64,000 nt of DNA. Origin: Paraglomus brasilianum (lineage: Eukaryota). Within the stretch, counting starts at the first letter, position 1. Every line of letters starts with the position of its first letter. Made by a program: the position numbers and the translations under genes. Location: the NCBI GenBank assembly GCA_910592345.1, contig CAJVPI010000055.1, positions 1 to 64,000 of the forward strand, written 5' to 3'. The notes below the pieces were generated by a model. It saw nothing but the letters and a program-made list of their open reading frames with translations, searched no databases and had not been told where the DNA came from. This document shows, piece after piece, positions 1 to 11,698 of this stretch.

Positions 1-870
1 AAAACCAAAACAACATTATATTAAAATTTGAAATATAATTATTATGTGTAATTTTGTACAATTAAAATTTTTCGATGCGCAAGACTTTTGTCCAGGTAGT
101 GTATATATCTGACAATTTGGCCAAACACATCCAGTAGTGCAAAGGTCTGAAAGCTTGCAGTTGGCGAGCTAAACAACCCGATATGATTAGAAATATCGTC
201 AATAGTGGTATTTATAAAAAACAAATCAAAATAATAACAATCAGCATTCTATATTCTAATCGTTTTATTAACATACATAAATAGACAAGTTTGCATATGA
301 GGTGATGTTTGGAGAAGTGACAGGCGAGGGTAAGAATAACACGGAAAAGAAAAACCTAATTGATCTGATTAGGTTGGTAATATTTATGAAGGACTCACTG
401 GATAGAATTTTTCTTAAGACCGGTGTTTGCTTGGCAACCCATTGGTAAGCTGGTCTTCTAGGAACGCTTGTTTTAACTAATCTTGTTACTATGGATATCG
501 ATAATCGACGCCGCTTTTACCATAATCTGAATAATCCGGCCGCAATAACACCGTTCGGATTTTTTTTAAGAAAGTCGTCCATAAAAAAAAATCATACTTA
601 CCTAAAAATTAACCTAAATAACCGTGATAATAATCCGAATTGTTACGAGGAAAGCGGAACAACGCGGCGGATAAATACTCGATAAACTGTCGACCTTGCA
701 AATTCTTATCAATTATATCAACAGCATTACGCCATTTTTTGTATACCGCCCAACTGTATCAACCAATTCATCGTATGTGCCTGCTACCGTTAACGAGTAG
801 TACATTGTAATCTACATTTTTTCGTATTAATTTCGGACAATCGAAAAAACTTTAGTTACGTAGATTGAAC

Positions 871-1372
871 TTATGTTGGAGTGGCGTCCCTCAGTGAAGT
901 AAGGAATGGTTGTTTTTTTAGGTTCGCTGCATAAATCTTCGAATATAACCACCGTCCCTCTTTCAGAAAAAAATTCGTCGATTTTTGGTATTTGTCAGGC
1001 TTCATCGAACGGAACGTAACATTTTCGCGATATGGCTTTGGACTATCCGCAATGATTTGGTAACAATCCCTCAAATGTTTATATTTGGGTTCTTTAAGAT
1101 GATGTCCAATTAAAATCAGGTCATCGTTTTTTATATAGCGTGTTCCGCCTTTTTTTCCATTAAACATTCGATACATTTTGTCCCCAAGTAGAAGGCTGAT
1201 AATCATATTCGTTTTTCCTGATTTGGTTCGTCCGCTGACCAGTAAATTGAAAGGGCATTGAATTGAGACCGTTAAATCTCTCTACATTCTTACACTCGTC
1301 AATGTGATAAACGAACATTTTGCACCGATCAAGCTTTTCAGCGTGAAATGGATGAAGTTTATTACGGGACAT
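871..1372 (-). pseudogene. Disrupted intronless ORF of unknown function (two overlapping ORFs 1160-1372 and 871-1206), possibly virus- or TE-derived
   Basis: Two overlapping minus-strand ORFs in different frames, no splice signals, directly downstream of the endonuclease-like relic; no recognisable motif. Confidence 0.35.
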
Positions 1373-1469
1373 TTTTTTTGCCGTACGGCCGAATAATAAA
1401 CGTTATTATCTTTGACAGAAAAATTATCCAATATTTATAACCCTTTTCTACTAATACAGGCGGGTGTAA

Positions 1470-1832
1470 GGTAGAAGATCGCAGGTATACGGAATTTCGA
1501 TAAGGTTTTTATACCTTGTTGCGTGTATAATTCTTGCTTTTTTTGATCACGACTTTTTTGGGATTCCAAATCGCTCTCCCCGTTTTTCCTGTGATACAAG
1601 TCATTACGACAATAATGATGTGGCTGTTAAATTCAAACGCTAATTTTAGCTCTTCGTTGTAACCGTCTAAACGCAACCCTTCCAAGAACTTTGGTGTACA
1701 TGACGGAAACTTTTTACCCAATAGATGATATAGTGACACCAAGAGTCTGGAATAATTGGATGGAAGGTAGGCACATGAGTAAATTTCAGTGAGAAGGAGA
1801 AAACGGTCTTTTCCCCGTTCGTGAAAAGACAA
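1470..1832 (-). pseudogene. Frameshifted Vsr/DUF559-like (PD-(D/E)xK) endonuclease relic of the type found in giant DNA viruses and AM-fungal repeats
   Basis: [33 protein letters not shown], continuing in shifted frames as [11 protein letters not shown] / [21 protein letters not shown] / LIEIPYTCDL; matches the L.LDGY..EL.LAFE..G.QH...RD..K...C...GI.LIE.PY pattern; intronless. Confidence 0.6.
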
Positions 1833-2216
1833 GGGTATTCATAAGAGCGAGTGCTTCGAATTTTGCACCGGGCTGGCAACAACTTGTCTATACCTCACAT
1901 TGACGATGACGACGTGCGTCAGAGAGTTATACTATTGGTAAATATATCGAATATTAATATTAATATGTACAACATAAATTTAAGCATAATAATAATACCG
2001 TATAAGTATTCTGTACGACAGAATAAATGTGTCGTGTAACTTTTTTTTATTTCCAGACATCTCTTACTTTATTAACCCTTAAATATTTACAGTTCGTAAA
2101 GCTTAAATTGCTCATATGCTGTCAATTAAATGTCTTGTATGTATGTATTGTTCATTTCCTATTTTTGGCTTACCATAACTGATAATGATTATCAATCAAC
2201 TGCTATAAATCATTAA

Positions 2217-3970
2217 TTACTTTTCTACAATTTGAAATACTTCATAATCATCGACAACAAAGTTTCCAGTCTTTTCTCTGATCTTGTATTCATAGGCGTA
2301 TTGCCTACACCAACATTGCGACGATGGCAGATTAAAATTATCTTGCATCCATAGATCCGCCCCGCCGAAATTCGGCCCTCTGTCTTCGAATCTCCCGATG
2401 GCAATGGCATAATGATTGAGATGCACTCGACTCAGAATCGGTGCAGATTGAGTCTCGCCATCGCCAAACGAGAAAATAAAACTGTCTTCTGTTCTGCCAC
2501 TTGACGTGTAACTCCAGTTAAGTGGATTGTATCCACCAATCACTTCACCTGTATCTTGAATGCGCACTATAACAACAGTGCGTACGCTGGAATCACACCG
2601 ACTGTGGAATACTCGATTGGAGAATCCATCTCTACTGCCACGAAGGAGTAGACGGAATTGATACGGAATCTCCCCGAGATTGTAATATGGACCTTCCTTT
2701 CTATCGACCCAACTGGATATGATAGCCACATGCTTCATCTTGATAATGTTGGAATCGATGGGCTTCAGTCTGGGCGGCGATATGATGGATTCTACCTTAA
2801 TCTGAGGTGCAGCATAACACCACATAATATCATCATACAAGTCCTGCGGTAATACCGCCTTATACGGCCACACCTTTTGCCTAAACTCTCCTGGCGGTAT
2901 GTGGAAAAACCTGACTAACGGAATGCACGGCCTTAACACGTCCTCCAACTCGGTAAACTCCTCCACCGACCATTTCGACACCTCATCAATTAGTCTATTA
3001 ACCTGGCCTCTTCCCCATCTCAGTAAATACTCCCATACGTCCACTTCCTCCAGTCTCAAATCGTCTCGTTGGAGCAAGGCTACAAGAATCGACGAATCAA
3101 GAGAGAGAAAGTGTTCCGATTCAAACAGCAAGGATGGATCACCGCAGATGGTTTCCAGACAATAGGTCTGCAGCTTCTTGCAAGATTCGTATTCGAAAGC
3201 AATTACCAAGACGCGGTAAAGGTTTTCTTGCATCCAAGAAGGTTCATTGGCGACTAAGTAATCTTCGATGTCTTCGACTAGCTCTGGGAGGAGCATTTCA
3301 TTCGCCGCCGAAAGGAGATCGAGGAGGAGGTCGCAGTCAGTCTCGTCGAAAGAGGTTATGCCAGTATATACGTATCTATTATTAGCATCACGCACCAAAT
3401 GTAAGTACATTTCAGAAAAAGCGGAAGGAAGGAGAATTTGATAAAAACCGAGTGAGTATTGAAATGTCCAAGCACACATTGATCAATGATATAGGAATGC
3501 CTGGGGTTTCCAGAGATTCATATTTGGGGTAGGGGTATCACTTTTTGCTCATATTTTTATTTGATTATCAATCATTACGACAATCTTACTGCCAGGTTAT
3601 TTTAAAGAATCGACTGTCTCATTTTACTTTTTTTTTTTTTTTTCTTTTTTTTTTTTATGTGTGTGTGTGCTTGCATTCCGTAGAGCCCAACTTTAATGAC
3701 TTGGAGCATCACTCACCTGAGTATAATTTCAAAGACGGCAGGCGAAGTGTTGGGTTTACTAAATACCATTTTATCGCCATCCGTCCTAGCCCATTCTTTT
3801 GATAAGGCCACCTGGAAATACTTGCACTGTGCTCGTAGAATAACCGAATGCGCACGGAACGAGCGTGTGTTCTGTTCCTCGCCCACTTGGATAATTAAGT
3901 CATAATCGGTATCCTCTTCTAATAATCGGGCATAGTTTCGTGATAACCGTGACCAAGTTTTGGTAGTCAT
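2217..3970 (-). CDS. BTB/POZ-BACK-TLDc domain protein; 2 exons (3970-3717, 3375-2217)
   Basis: BTB start YDLIIQVGEEQNTRSFRAHSVILRAQCKYF; GTGAGT...GCTAAT...TAG intron 3716-3376 joins FEIILR/YVYTG; BACK LLQRDDLRLEEVDVWEYLLRWG; TLDc LLLRGSRDGFS..FHSRCD, IGGYNPLNW, GPNFGGADL, VDDYEVFQI. Confidence 0.92.
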
Positions 3971-4821
3971 GTTGAGGTCTTGGACAGCGTCTGGGAATTG
4001 GAGAAAGTAAGAGTTTCGGGATTCGTTTGTACTCACGGAATATGGATGAGCAGAAATGCACATAGATCCAAAGCGAGGGGAAGAAATAAAATTTGATGGA
4101 ATTGGGAAATTATTATTAGGAGGAGGAGGGTGGGTGTATGTGTTGAGAGGGGAAAAACGCTTTCTTGTCTACTGAGTTGATTTTGTATAAAGGTGAAATT
4201 GTAGAGTCAAAAAAAGTATGTCAAATACTCTGCGAGTTGATAGCAGACTTTCACGAACAAGAATTAGTTAGTCACTGAATAGAGAGAATAAGAGTATTAG
4301 TATGTTCTAAAAAGCCTGAATAAGGAAGGTGAGCATGTATCAGTAGATATATATATTCCGTGAGTGAAGGATATAAGAAGATAACCTTTTGGGTTATGCC
4401 TACTCATGAATATTTGTAATAGTTTGCACCCGTGATCAACTTCGATTCCGTATAGCATTACTTTATTTGGCTTTCTGTACTGCTGTGTACAGTGAGGGCT
4501 TTTTATGGAATTCTCGAATCGTCAATCCCAGTACATTGAATGAGACTTGTATGCTTTTGGGGGAGCTTAGTATAACAATATCAGATCGGCGATTGTCGCG
4601 TGACGATCACAAGCTGTGGGGGAGAAAAAGGTTTATCATTTTATTCATATATAAAAGCCTTCAATGTCAGAATGCCAGAATGCACGCATAACAAACTTGA
4701 CCAATTTCATAGAAAAACTCTAAACCTGATCTATAAAAAGGCAAAGGGAAGAAAAAAAAAAGGCTCGAACGCGTCTAGCCCAGGTCCAACTCGCACACTG
4801 TCATATTTCCTTTTTGCCTTC

Positions 4822-6273
4822 CTAGACGCATTTTTTCCCAACAATTCTCCGTTGAAATGAAACAAAAGTCGAACTTTTGCCCTGCACAAACCATCTCAAG
4901 CCATGACCGAAACTCGTTTCGACGTGTAGTTGCCTATTATTTGCACACATTGATTGGCCACCAACCAAAACAGTTGCGCCAAGTGTGCTAGCAAATTCAA
5001 GTCCAGCCTTGGTCACAAGTGCACCGTTCAAAAGGTTCACGCTCATTGACAATTGGGGCTTCAGGGTCCCAAACATACTCGATGCTACGGCGAAATCGGC
5101 AGAGACTTCTTTCGGTGTGATAATTGGCTCGAATCCTGTTGTTTTCAATTGCGGATGACTACCCGTCAGCGAAGCCTCGATGTGAAAGTTACGATACGCT
5201 ATGTTGCCGCCCGTATATATACTGCCGATGACGGTGGTCGTTGCTCCCGCAGCAGCCGTAAGGGATAATTCGGGCCCAATGCTGAATAGGCCGGGGATGT
5301 GGAATGGAGTGAGTGACAGTGACATGATGCGGACATCGCTCGACTTGACAATAACCGGTAGACCCCTATCGAGTCTAATGTCAAAGTTAAATTCTAAATC
5401 ACCATTGACAGAGATAAACGCTTTTGAGATGTTAACGCGGGGTAACATCTTTCCTTCAATTTGCAAAGTTATAGCGGCTTTCCCATGCGTATAGCAATCG
5501 ACGCAAATAAGTGATTGTGAGATACCGGGTTGCGCGGTGGACAAGGCAAAGTTTCGTTTAGAAGACGCGTTTTTTTCCGAATCGTACAGAAAATTGAGGT
5601 CGACTACATTCTCCTTGTATACGCTAACTTCTTTGTTATTTTCAATCACCATTTTGACTTTCTGCTCACTCTTCCTAAACAGTCTTTTGAAGAAGTTTAT
5701 TATCCGTGCAAATATGCCCATTTTCTTTGTCTCTTTCACGTCCGGGGTGGGAGTGTCTGGAACATGTTTTGTCGTTTTATGATATGTTAAGCTTAAGGAG
5801 AACGTATCTGTATGATTGGATATGTCGCATGGATTCACTTGAAAGGATGCTTCCTCTTTTTCAAAGTCAACATTGGTATCGTATGTCATGTAAAACAATG
5901 TTTCTTCTTTGCCGAAGCAATGCCAATCATGGCTAATCATCAATATCACGTTTGCCGGCCATTGTTGCACCTCCTTTAATGCAACGGGGTCTCTAATTTT
6001 CATGACAATCACGTCTCCATCTTTGCATTCGACGTTCAAGATTTCGTCAGCTTCGTCAGGGTTAAAGGCAGGCGACTTTGTTTCCAATGCTACATTGGCG
6101 CGGTTGTAAGTGTCAAAGTTTTGGACATAGCTGCCTTGCAATTGTGTAGTCAGTCGCAGACGACTGGCATCGTACGGCTGGAAAAGTGGTTTGCTGAATG
6201 ACACATTAGGGTAGCAAGCCAACAAGAGGTGAAGGACTAGAAAAACAAAAGACGGAAACATGCGGAAGCGCAT
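4822..6273 (-). CDS. Uncharacterised secreted, probably beta-rich protein; single exon, start at 6273 or 6261
   Basis: Long intronless ORF; hydrophobic signal peptide MFPSFVFLVLHLLLACYPNVSFS; motifs MISHDWHC, CVDCYTHG, PFHIPGLFSIGPEL; TATAAAA about 80 nt upstream. Confidence 0.8.
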   Translation of the reverse strand: MRFRMFPSFVFLVLHLLLACYPNVSFSKPLFQPYDASRLRLTTQLQGSYVQNFDTYNRANVALETKSPAFNPDEADEILNVECKDGDVIVMKIRDPVALKEVQQWPANVILMISHDWHCFGKEETLFYMTYDTNVDFEKEEASFQVNPCDISNHTDTFSLSLTYHKTTKHVPDTPTPDVKETKKMGIFARIINFFKRLFRKSEQKVKMVIENNKEVSVYKENVVDLNFLYDSEKNASSKRNFALSTAQPGISQSLICVDCYTHGKAAITLQIEGKMLPRVNISKAFISVNGDLEFNFDIRLDRGLPVIVKSSDVRIMSLSLTPFHIPGLFSIGPELSLTAAAGATTTVIGSIYTGGNIAYRNFHIEASLTGSHPQLKTTGFEPIITPKEVSADFAVASSMFGTLKPQLSMSVNLLNGALVTKAGLEFASTLGATVLVGGQSMCANNRQLHVETSFGHGLRWFVQGKSSTFVSFQRRIVGKKCV

Positions 6274-7561
6274 TGAAGTAGTCACGACTGGGTGAACTTG
6301 GTTGTATTTAAAAAAAGCACCAAGATTTAAATACCAAGAGTAAGAGGGCCTTTTATATTTCCAAATGAAGAAGACAGTGTTTTTCATGCAAGGCTCTCAA
6401 AATGGCACTCTTAATAGGCACACAGCTTCCCATTTGCAGCTTATCTGTAACACCAACCAATAAAACTGTGACAAAGTAACGATGGCCATAAAATTTAACC
6501 AGAAAGAGCCAAACAGACGTTATCTTACATGTGAATCTTAGTATAAGCCTCGTTGCTAAGTTTGAACATCCTGCAAATGTACTTTGGGCAACTAGTTTTG
6601 TGACCTGACAACAATTCTATTATTTCTTTGTCTCATCTCTCAGAAATTTGTTCGCAATCAAGCCAATTCTTGTCAAAGTGTGCATGATTGTAATTACGGA
6701 TTCCACAGCGAAAGCCACTCTTTACAAGAAGGTGGATAATTTGTCTCACATAATTGCTTAGTTGTCTGATGATATAAAAGAACGCTAAATATTGATGAAA
6801 ATAGCCTTTGAATTATACTAATACATCATCCAGTCTGTTAGGATTTGGGACAGGTTCACTAAATGACTGTCCAATTGATCATGACAATGTCAAATCGCTC
6901 GGGAATGTTCCTCAAGAGAAGGCACTCGTAATAAACTCATCACGTTGATACATAGTAGTACAAAGTGTAACAAATATAAATAATTACAATAAAGGGCGTC
7001 TTCATTTATTATTTACACACAAAACGTATTTTTTTTTTACTTGTAAGAGTATGGTTAGTGCAATACTATATCAAGCCATTTCTCATTTATGGACACAAAT
7101 AGTTAGTCCAGAAAAAGACTATACCAGGGAACATGGGGATTTCTGAAATACAATAACGCCATATTAAAGTCGCAACGCAAATAAAAACCCATTTATAGAT
7201 AAGACGAGATTCAGATAATAATTGGGTCTTTTTCTATATGGCACACGCAAGCTTATCGACTTCACATGCTACCAAACAAAAGTTCCGAGTCGGGGTTGTG
7301 AACATTTTACAGTATATGTATAATACTTGTGGTATTAGTATTAGGAGCTTTATCTTCCTCTCGTTACACATGGTATACAAGGGGCCATCTATCGTTGGTT
7401 ATAATACGTCGTTTATTATTTGAATACATTTGGGAGCTGATCATTGTCCCAATCTATGTGTATTGTTGTTGCCAACTTCACGTTTAAATACCTTATATAT
7501 ATAAAAATGAATAAATAATAAGACATTGCAAAAATTTTTTTTTCATGGTCTGTCTTTGATA

Positions 7562-8383
7562 ATGTCGCCTGCAACAGAGCTCAACGCTGATGTCATTAAT
7601 CTTATCTTTGAGTATATGGAAGACAATATACCTGCTCTCTACAACTGCATGCTGGTGAACAAATACATTTGCGGCAAATTTACTCCTCTCTTGTACAAAG
7701 ATCCATTCCATTATATGAACACGCTTTTGAAAGAAAACACAAACAAAACAATAAGAAATAAATGTAGAGCTCTCATAACTACGTACATCAAATGTTTGCC
7801 TTTAGATAAGCAGCTCTTCTATCATAAAGCGTGTGTCATCGAGAAGCCAAGCTATCCGAGGCATCAACACGAACAATACCTTAAATCATTGACAATCAGT
7901 CACTTTATAATGGCGTTGAATGCAACTAAATATCATCAAATTGCCGATTCGCATGGCGCCTTTTATCACGATCTTATAACGTTATTGGTGACCGGCAAGA
8001 AACTGCAAATGCTTCATATAGAAGACACGCATTTTCATATTTTCAAAGATTTTCTTCAAGATCTTTCACCTTCGCTAAAATGGTTGCGTTTGGATATGAA
8101 ATATTACGTTAATGGAGACATTAGTCATCTTATTGATAAATTACCTAACGTTGAGAGTCTGGTCATTTCATTTGCCAAATCAGAAATTGATTACAATCTG
8201 TTGGAGAATATGGGAAGAATAAAAGAATCGCTGAAAAGGCTGGATATTGAAGGCGGTTTTGGAAAGATAGATTGCAGATTTCTCCGTATAATGAGGGAAT
8301 ATAAGCAATTGAGAGCCATATATATTATTAAAAAAGAAAATATTGATACTGATGTGGTTAGCCAAGACAATAGAATTTATTGA
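7562..8383 (+). CDS. F-box/LRR (RNI-like) protein, possibly frameshifted near the C-terminus
   Basis: N-terminal F-box-like ELNADVINLIFEYMEDNIPALYNCMLVNK..C....PLLYKDPF followed by LRR-like repeats (LQMLHI, LKWLRL, VESLVI, LKRLDI). Confidence 0.75.
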   Translation: MSPATELNADVINLIFEYMEDNIPALYNCMLVNKYICGKFTPLLYKDPFHYMNTLLKENTNKTIRNKCRALITTYIKCLPLDKQLFYHKACVIEKPSYPRHQHEQYLKSLTISHFIMALNATKYHQIADSHGAFYHDLITLLVTGKKLQMLHIEDTHFHIFKDFLQDLSPSLKWLRLDMKYYVNGDISHLIDKLPNVESLVISFAKSEIDYNLLENMGRIKESLKRLDIEGGFGKIDCRFLRIMREYKQLRAIYIIKKENIDTDVVSQDNRIY

Positions 8384-8749
8384 AAACCTTGTCAAAAGTG
8401 TGTATTTAGTAAACAGCTGTAGTTTTTCGTATAATATTTTCGATGAAAATAAAATTGCTTTAAATGTCCTGTATCGCAATTGTTGCCCCATCATTTAGTA
8501 CTGCAGCTAACAAACAAAGCCTCGTAAATGTGAAAATTCACTATGTAAGACTTTATTTTTTTAAGGGGACAATATAATTTTTCTTGTTAACACTTGATCA
8601 AACGGTTGTTATTCGCGAAGTATTACGGAAATACGGACTAGAAATCTAAATTATTTAATTAGAAAAACTGCAGTCCGAATAGAATTCACCAAGTTTGTTC
8701 TGTTAAAATAATCACTTAATTACAAACCTTTTGAACACCAGAATCTCGC

Positions 8750-10000
8750 TGAATATGAATGTGAAAATAATACAAACAATAGTTGTTTGTCAGAAGGCAT
8801 GTGGAATTCGCTTGCCTATCCGCGTAACATGTAAATACCTTGTTCTCGACAACAATTAGTTTTGTTTCGATAACAAAGCACCATTTTTCTTTCTACACCC
8901 GAAAATTCTCTACGGATGTGAAATAGTATTCTACGTACAGTCAATGCGCAAATACAAGGTGGTGCGAAACGTGCCTTACCTACCAGCTGTAAACATATGC
9001 AAAAAGAAGTAATGATAAGAGTGAAAAGAAAAGTCATGACACAGATAACGAACTCTGGATATACCGCGACCAATTACAAGGCAAACGTGACAAGCTGAAG
9101 TTGGCTCTCCAATGTATTCGTTTTATTATTTCGCACCAAGATAATTTACACATATATTTACTGGTTTATTTTTTACTAGCGGTCGTAATCCCTTTCCTGA
9201 AAAAACCTATACCTTTGTTACACTATGCTTGACTGTAGAAGTCAACACGCCCAAAACCGTTATTTTAAAAGAGTTAATCGTGATTTATTACTCCAAATTA
9301 CTGTTTCCCACTTTAATTTCGCCAGCTCCATGCTCTGTAAAAAGTGGCTTTGATGTGGCAATTCATAAATTTGATGAGGAGTTTACGATAAATTTTGCTA
9401 AACTTCTTGGTGTTTGACAATCGTCATTATTCATGGAAAGCGGTCTGGTTTTTTTTACTACTTCTAGCAACTGTATCTGTAAAAGACAAGCAATCGTGTC
9501 ATGAATTCTTCCAGCTACCCGTAAAATGTTTACTAAAACATTGTTACAAAAATTAAAATATGTACATTTATTTGGCTAGTAAACATGTTCGATCTTGAGT
9601 AATTAGAAAAAGCTCAATCCGACACTTTCCCACAGCAGTATAATTTTCACAATGTCTTTTGCATTACGAACGTTTTGTTTTTAACACGTTTATTTAATTA
9701 TTTTATGTTGGAGAGTGGACCAAAGGGTGTTAGTGTTTAGTGGATTGATAGGGAGATTGAAACTGAGGATGTTGAGATTAAATGAAATAGGTGGAGAATT
9801 AGGAATATATGGAAATGAAAAAGGTGATAATGGGAAGAGGGAGAATAATTGTAGTGTCATCTGCATATGCTCAGAATGTAAGATAGGTTAAAATTCGAAG
9901 CATACAAGTTACCCTAGTCAATTTCTTACAAACTATGGACGAAGCAGCCAATAAAATTTATGGCATAAGTAAAAGGAAAGTATGGAAACGTCAAAACGCG
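8750..10000 (-). pseudogene. Heavily decayed multi-exon gene relic, possibly a SAM-dependent methyltransferase
   Basis: Residual acceptor-like sites and stop-ridden peptide NDDCQTPRSLAKFIV...PLFTEHGAGE on the minus strand; boundaries approximate. Confidence 0.25.
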
Positions 10001-10419
10001 AAAAATTTGGCTGAACAGAATCGATGATGGTTGAGGAGTGAGTGATTTGACCAGAACCGACTATAATTCAATTTTTAAACTCAATAAAACAAGAATGTAA
10101 GCCTGTTTAAAACGTAGAGAGCCTATTTTCAAATCGACTTCTCAATAACAGAATCTACATCTCTTTTGTTACACACTGTAATATAGCGACAGTTAAAGAC
10201 CTTTAACTAAGCTTTACTACTCATGACCTTGTGTCGATCGGTAAACACTAAGCCTAGACACTCGAGCTAAGATTAATTCGGAAGCTATAGGTTGGGATAT
10301 AATGTATTTCAGAGTATAAAGAACTACCCGTTTATTAATTTGAAACACGTACGGAATCTAGCGGAAATTACGCTGCATATAATAATAGGACACTATTTCT
10401 AATTTCTTCTGTAAAACAT

Positions 10420-10760
10420 TAAGCTCTTAGCTGAGATTTGCAAGCTTAGGGAAATCCGAACTTAGAAAGAAGGTTGCTGAGGTCAAGAATGAGGACGTCC
10501 TGCTTGAGGCGGCCAAGGATCTCGAGAGCTGCAGAATCGAGGAGGTGGAGCGAACAGTTCAGCTTGACCTGATTGTGAAAGAAATGGTACCAGCTGAGCA
10601 GAAGTCATTGGAAGAAAAGGAGATCGATTCTTTCCTGGATTCAGAGAATAAGAAAATGGTTAGTAATATGATGAGAGGAACAGAGAAAAGAAACTTCAAA
10701 GCTCAAGTTTTACACAATGCTTCTTTGATTTCTCCTAAGCAATAGAGAATTTAGAATTTA
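10420..10760 (+). pseudogene. Fragment of a multicopy AM-fungal coiled-coil repeat family (likely TE-associated)
   Basis: KLLAEI..LR..ELRKKVAEV and EQKSLEEKEIDSFLDSENKKMVSNMMR..EKKL-type motif, broken by frameshifts; family recalled from memory, not searched. Confidence 0.45.
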
Positions 10761-10869
10761 GATCAGAATCACATGACCATTCTCCAGTTGGTTACCATAT
10801 CAAGACCGTTGAACGCCGATCATTAGCAAAAACCTTGGTGTATTCTGCTCATCTTTTTCTCGACGACTA

Positions 10870-11539
10870 ATGCTTCGAGTTACCTCTAATGGTTGTGCCT
10901 CTCGGCGGTGGTCTCCGCTTACGTTCTTGTTGCGTTATATGACAACAAAGGCCGAAAGTAAAGTATACTATTGAACCATTCCGAGCATTTTCGACGAGAG
11001 ATATAAAATTGACATGTTTGAAATACATACCCCCATCTTCCTCAGCCCTACAATACAATCCACCCTTGTCGATTCGAGTTCCAGAATTACAATTTCCCAA
11101 CCCATCCCTCGAAGGCAAAAATATAATGCGACTATTGGATGAAGAAGAAGTCAAGCGCGCAACTGACAATAGAGCGGAACTCTTTGCAAAGCGAGGAAAA
11201 ACCCGTATTATTCCTGGTGACGTTCTATTAGTTGAATCATACACGAACCAAACAAATAGGGGTTCTTCTATGTTTGCAGGAATATGTATTGCAATTCGGC
11301 GAAGTGGACCCGATAGTAGTTTCACGTTGAGGAACATTATAATGAAAGTTGGGGTTGAGCAAAGGTTTCCAGTGTTTTCGCCATTGATTAAGAGCATTAA
11401 GATATTGCAAAGGGGTAAAGGTTATAGGAGGGCGAAGCTTTTTTATTTGAGAGATGAACCAGGCAAGACTGTTCGGATTAGTGGGGCGATGAGAGAAGAA
11501 TCCAGGAAGGGGAGAAACAACATAGATCAAAAGAAATAA
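10870..11539 (+). CDS. IMG1: Mitochondrial ribosomal protein bL19m; exons 10870-10957, 11046-11539
   Basis: L19 motifs PGDVLLVE, FAGICIAIRRSG..SSFTLRN, GVEQRFPVFSPLIKSI, YRRAKLFYLRD; Arg/Ser-rich presequence MLRVTSNGCASRRWSPLTFLLRY; phase-1 GT-AG intron fits frame. Confidence 0.9.
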
Positions 11540-11698
11540 ATTGTTCCTTCTTTGCACTACGTAACATATTAGCCTTCTACAGTAATTAGTATTGAATAGT
11601 TCGATTACAAGCTCTACGATCACATGATCTAATGATCTTCGTCGCATATAAATCATGCGAGATCTGCATAATAATAACATTCCTTCTGTTTCGAAACT

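Noticed and set aside
10867..11680. 176-aa and 147-aa minus-strand ORFs
   Set aside because: Antisense to bL19m, non-ATG or motif-free shadows
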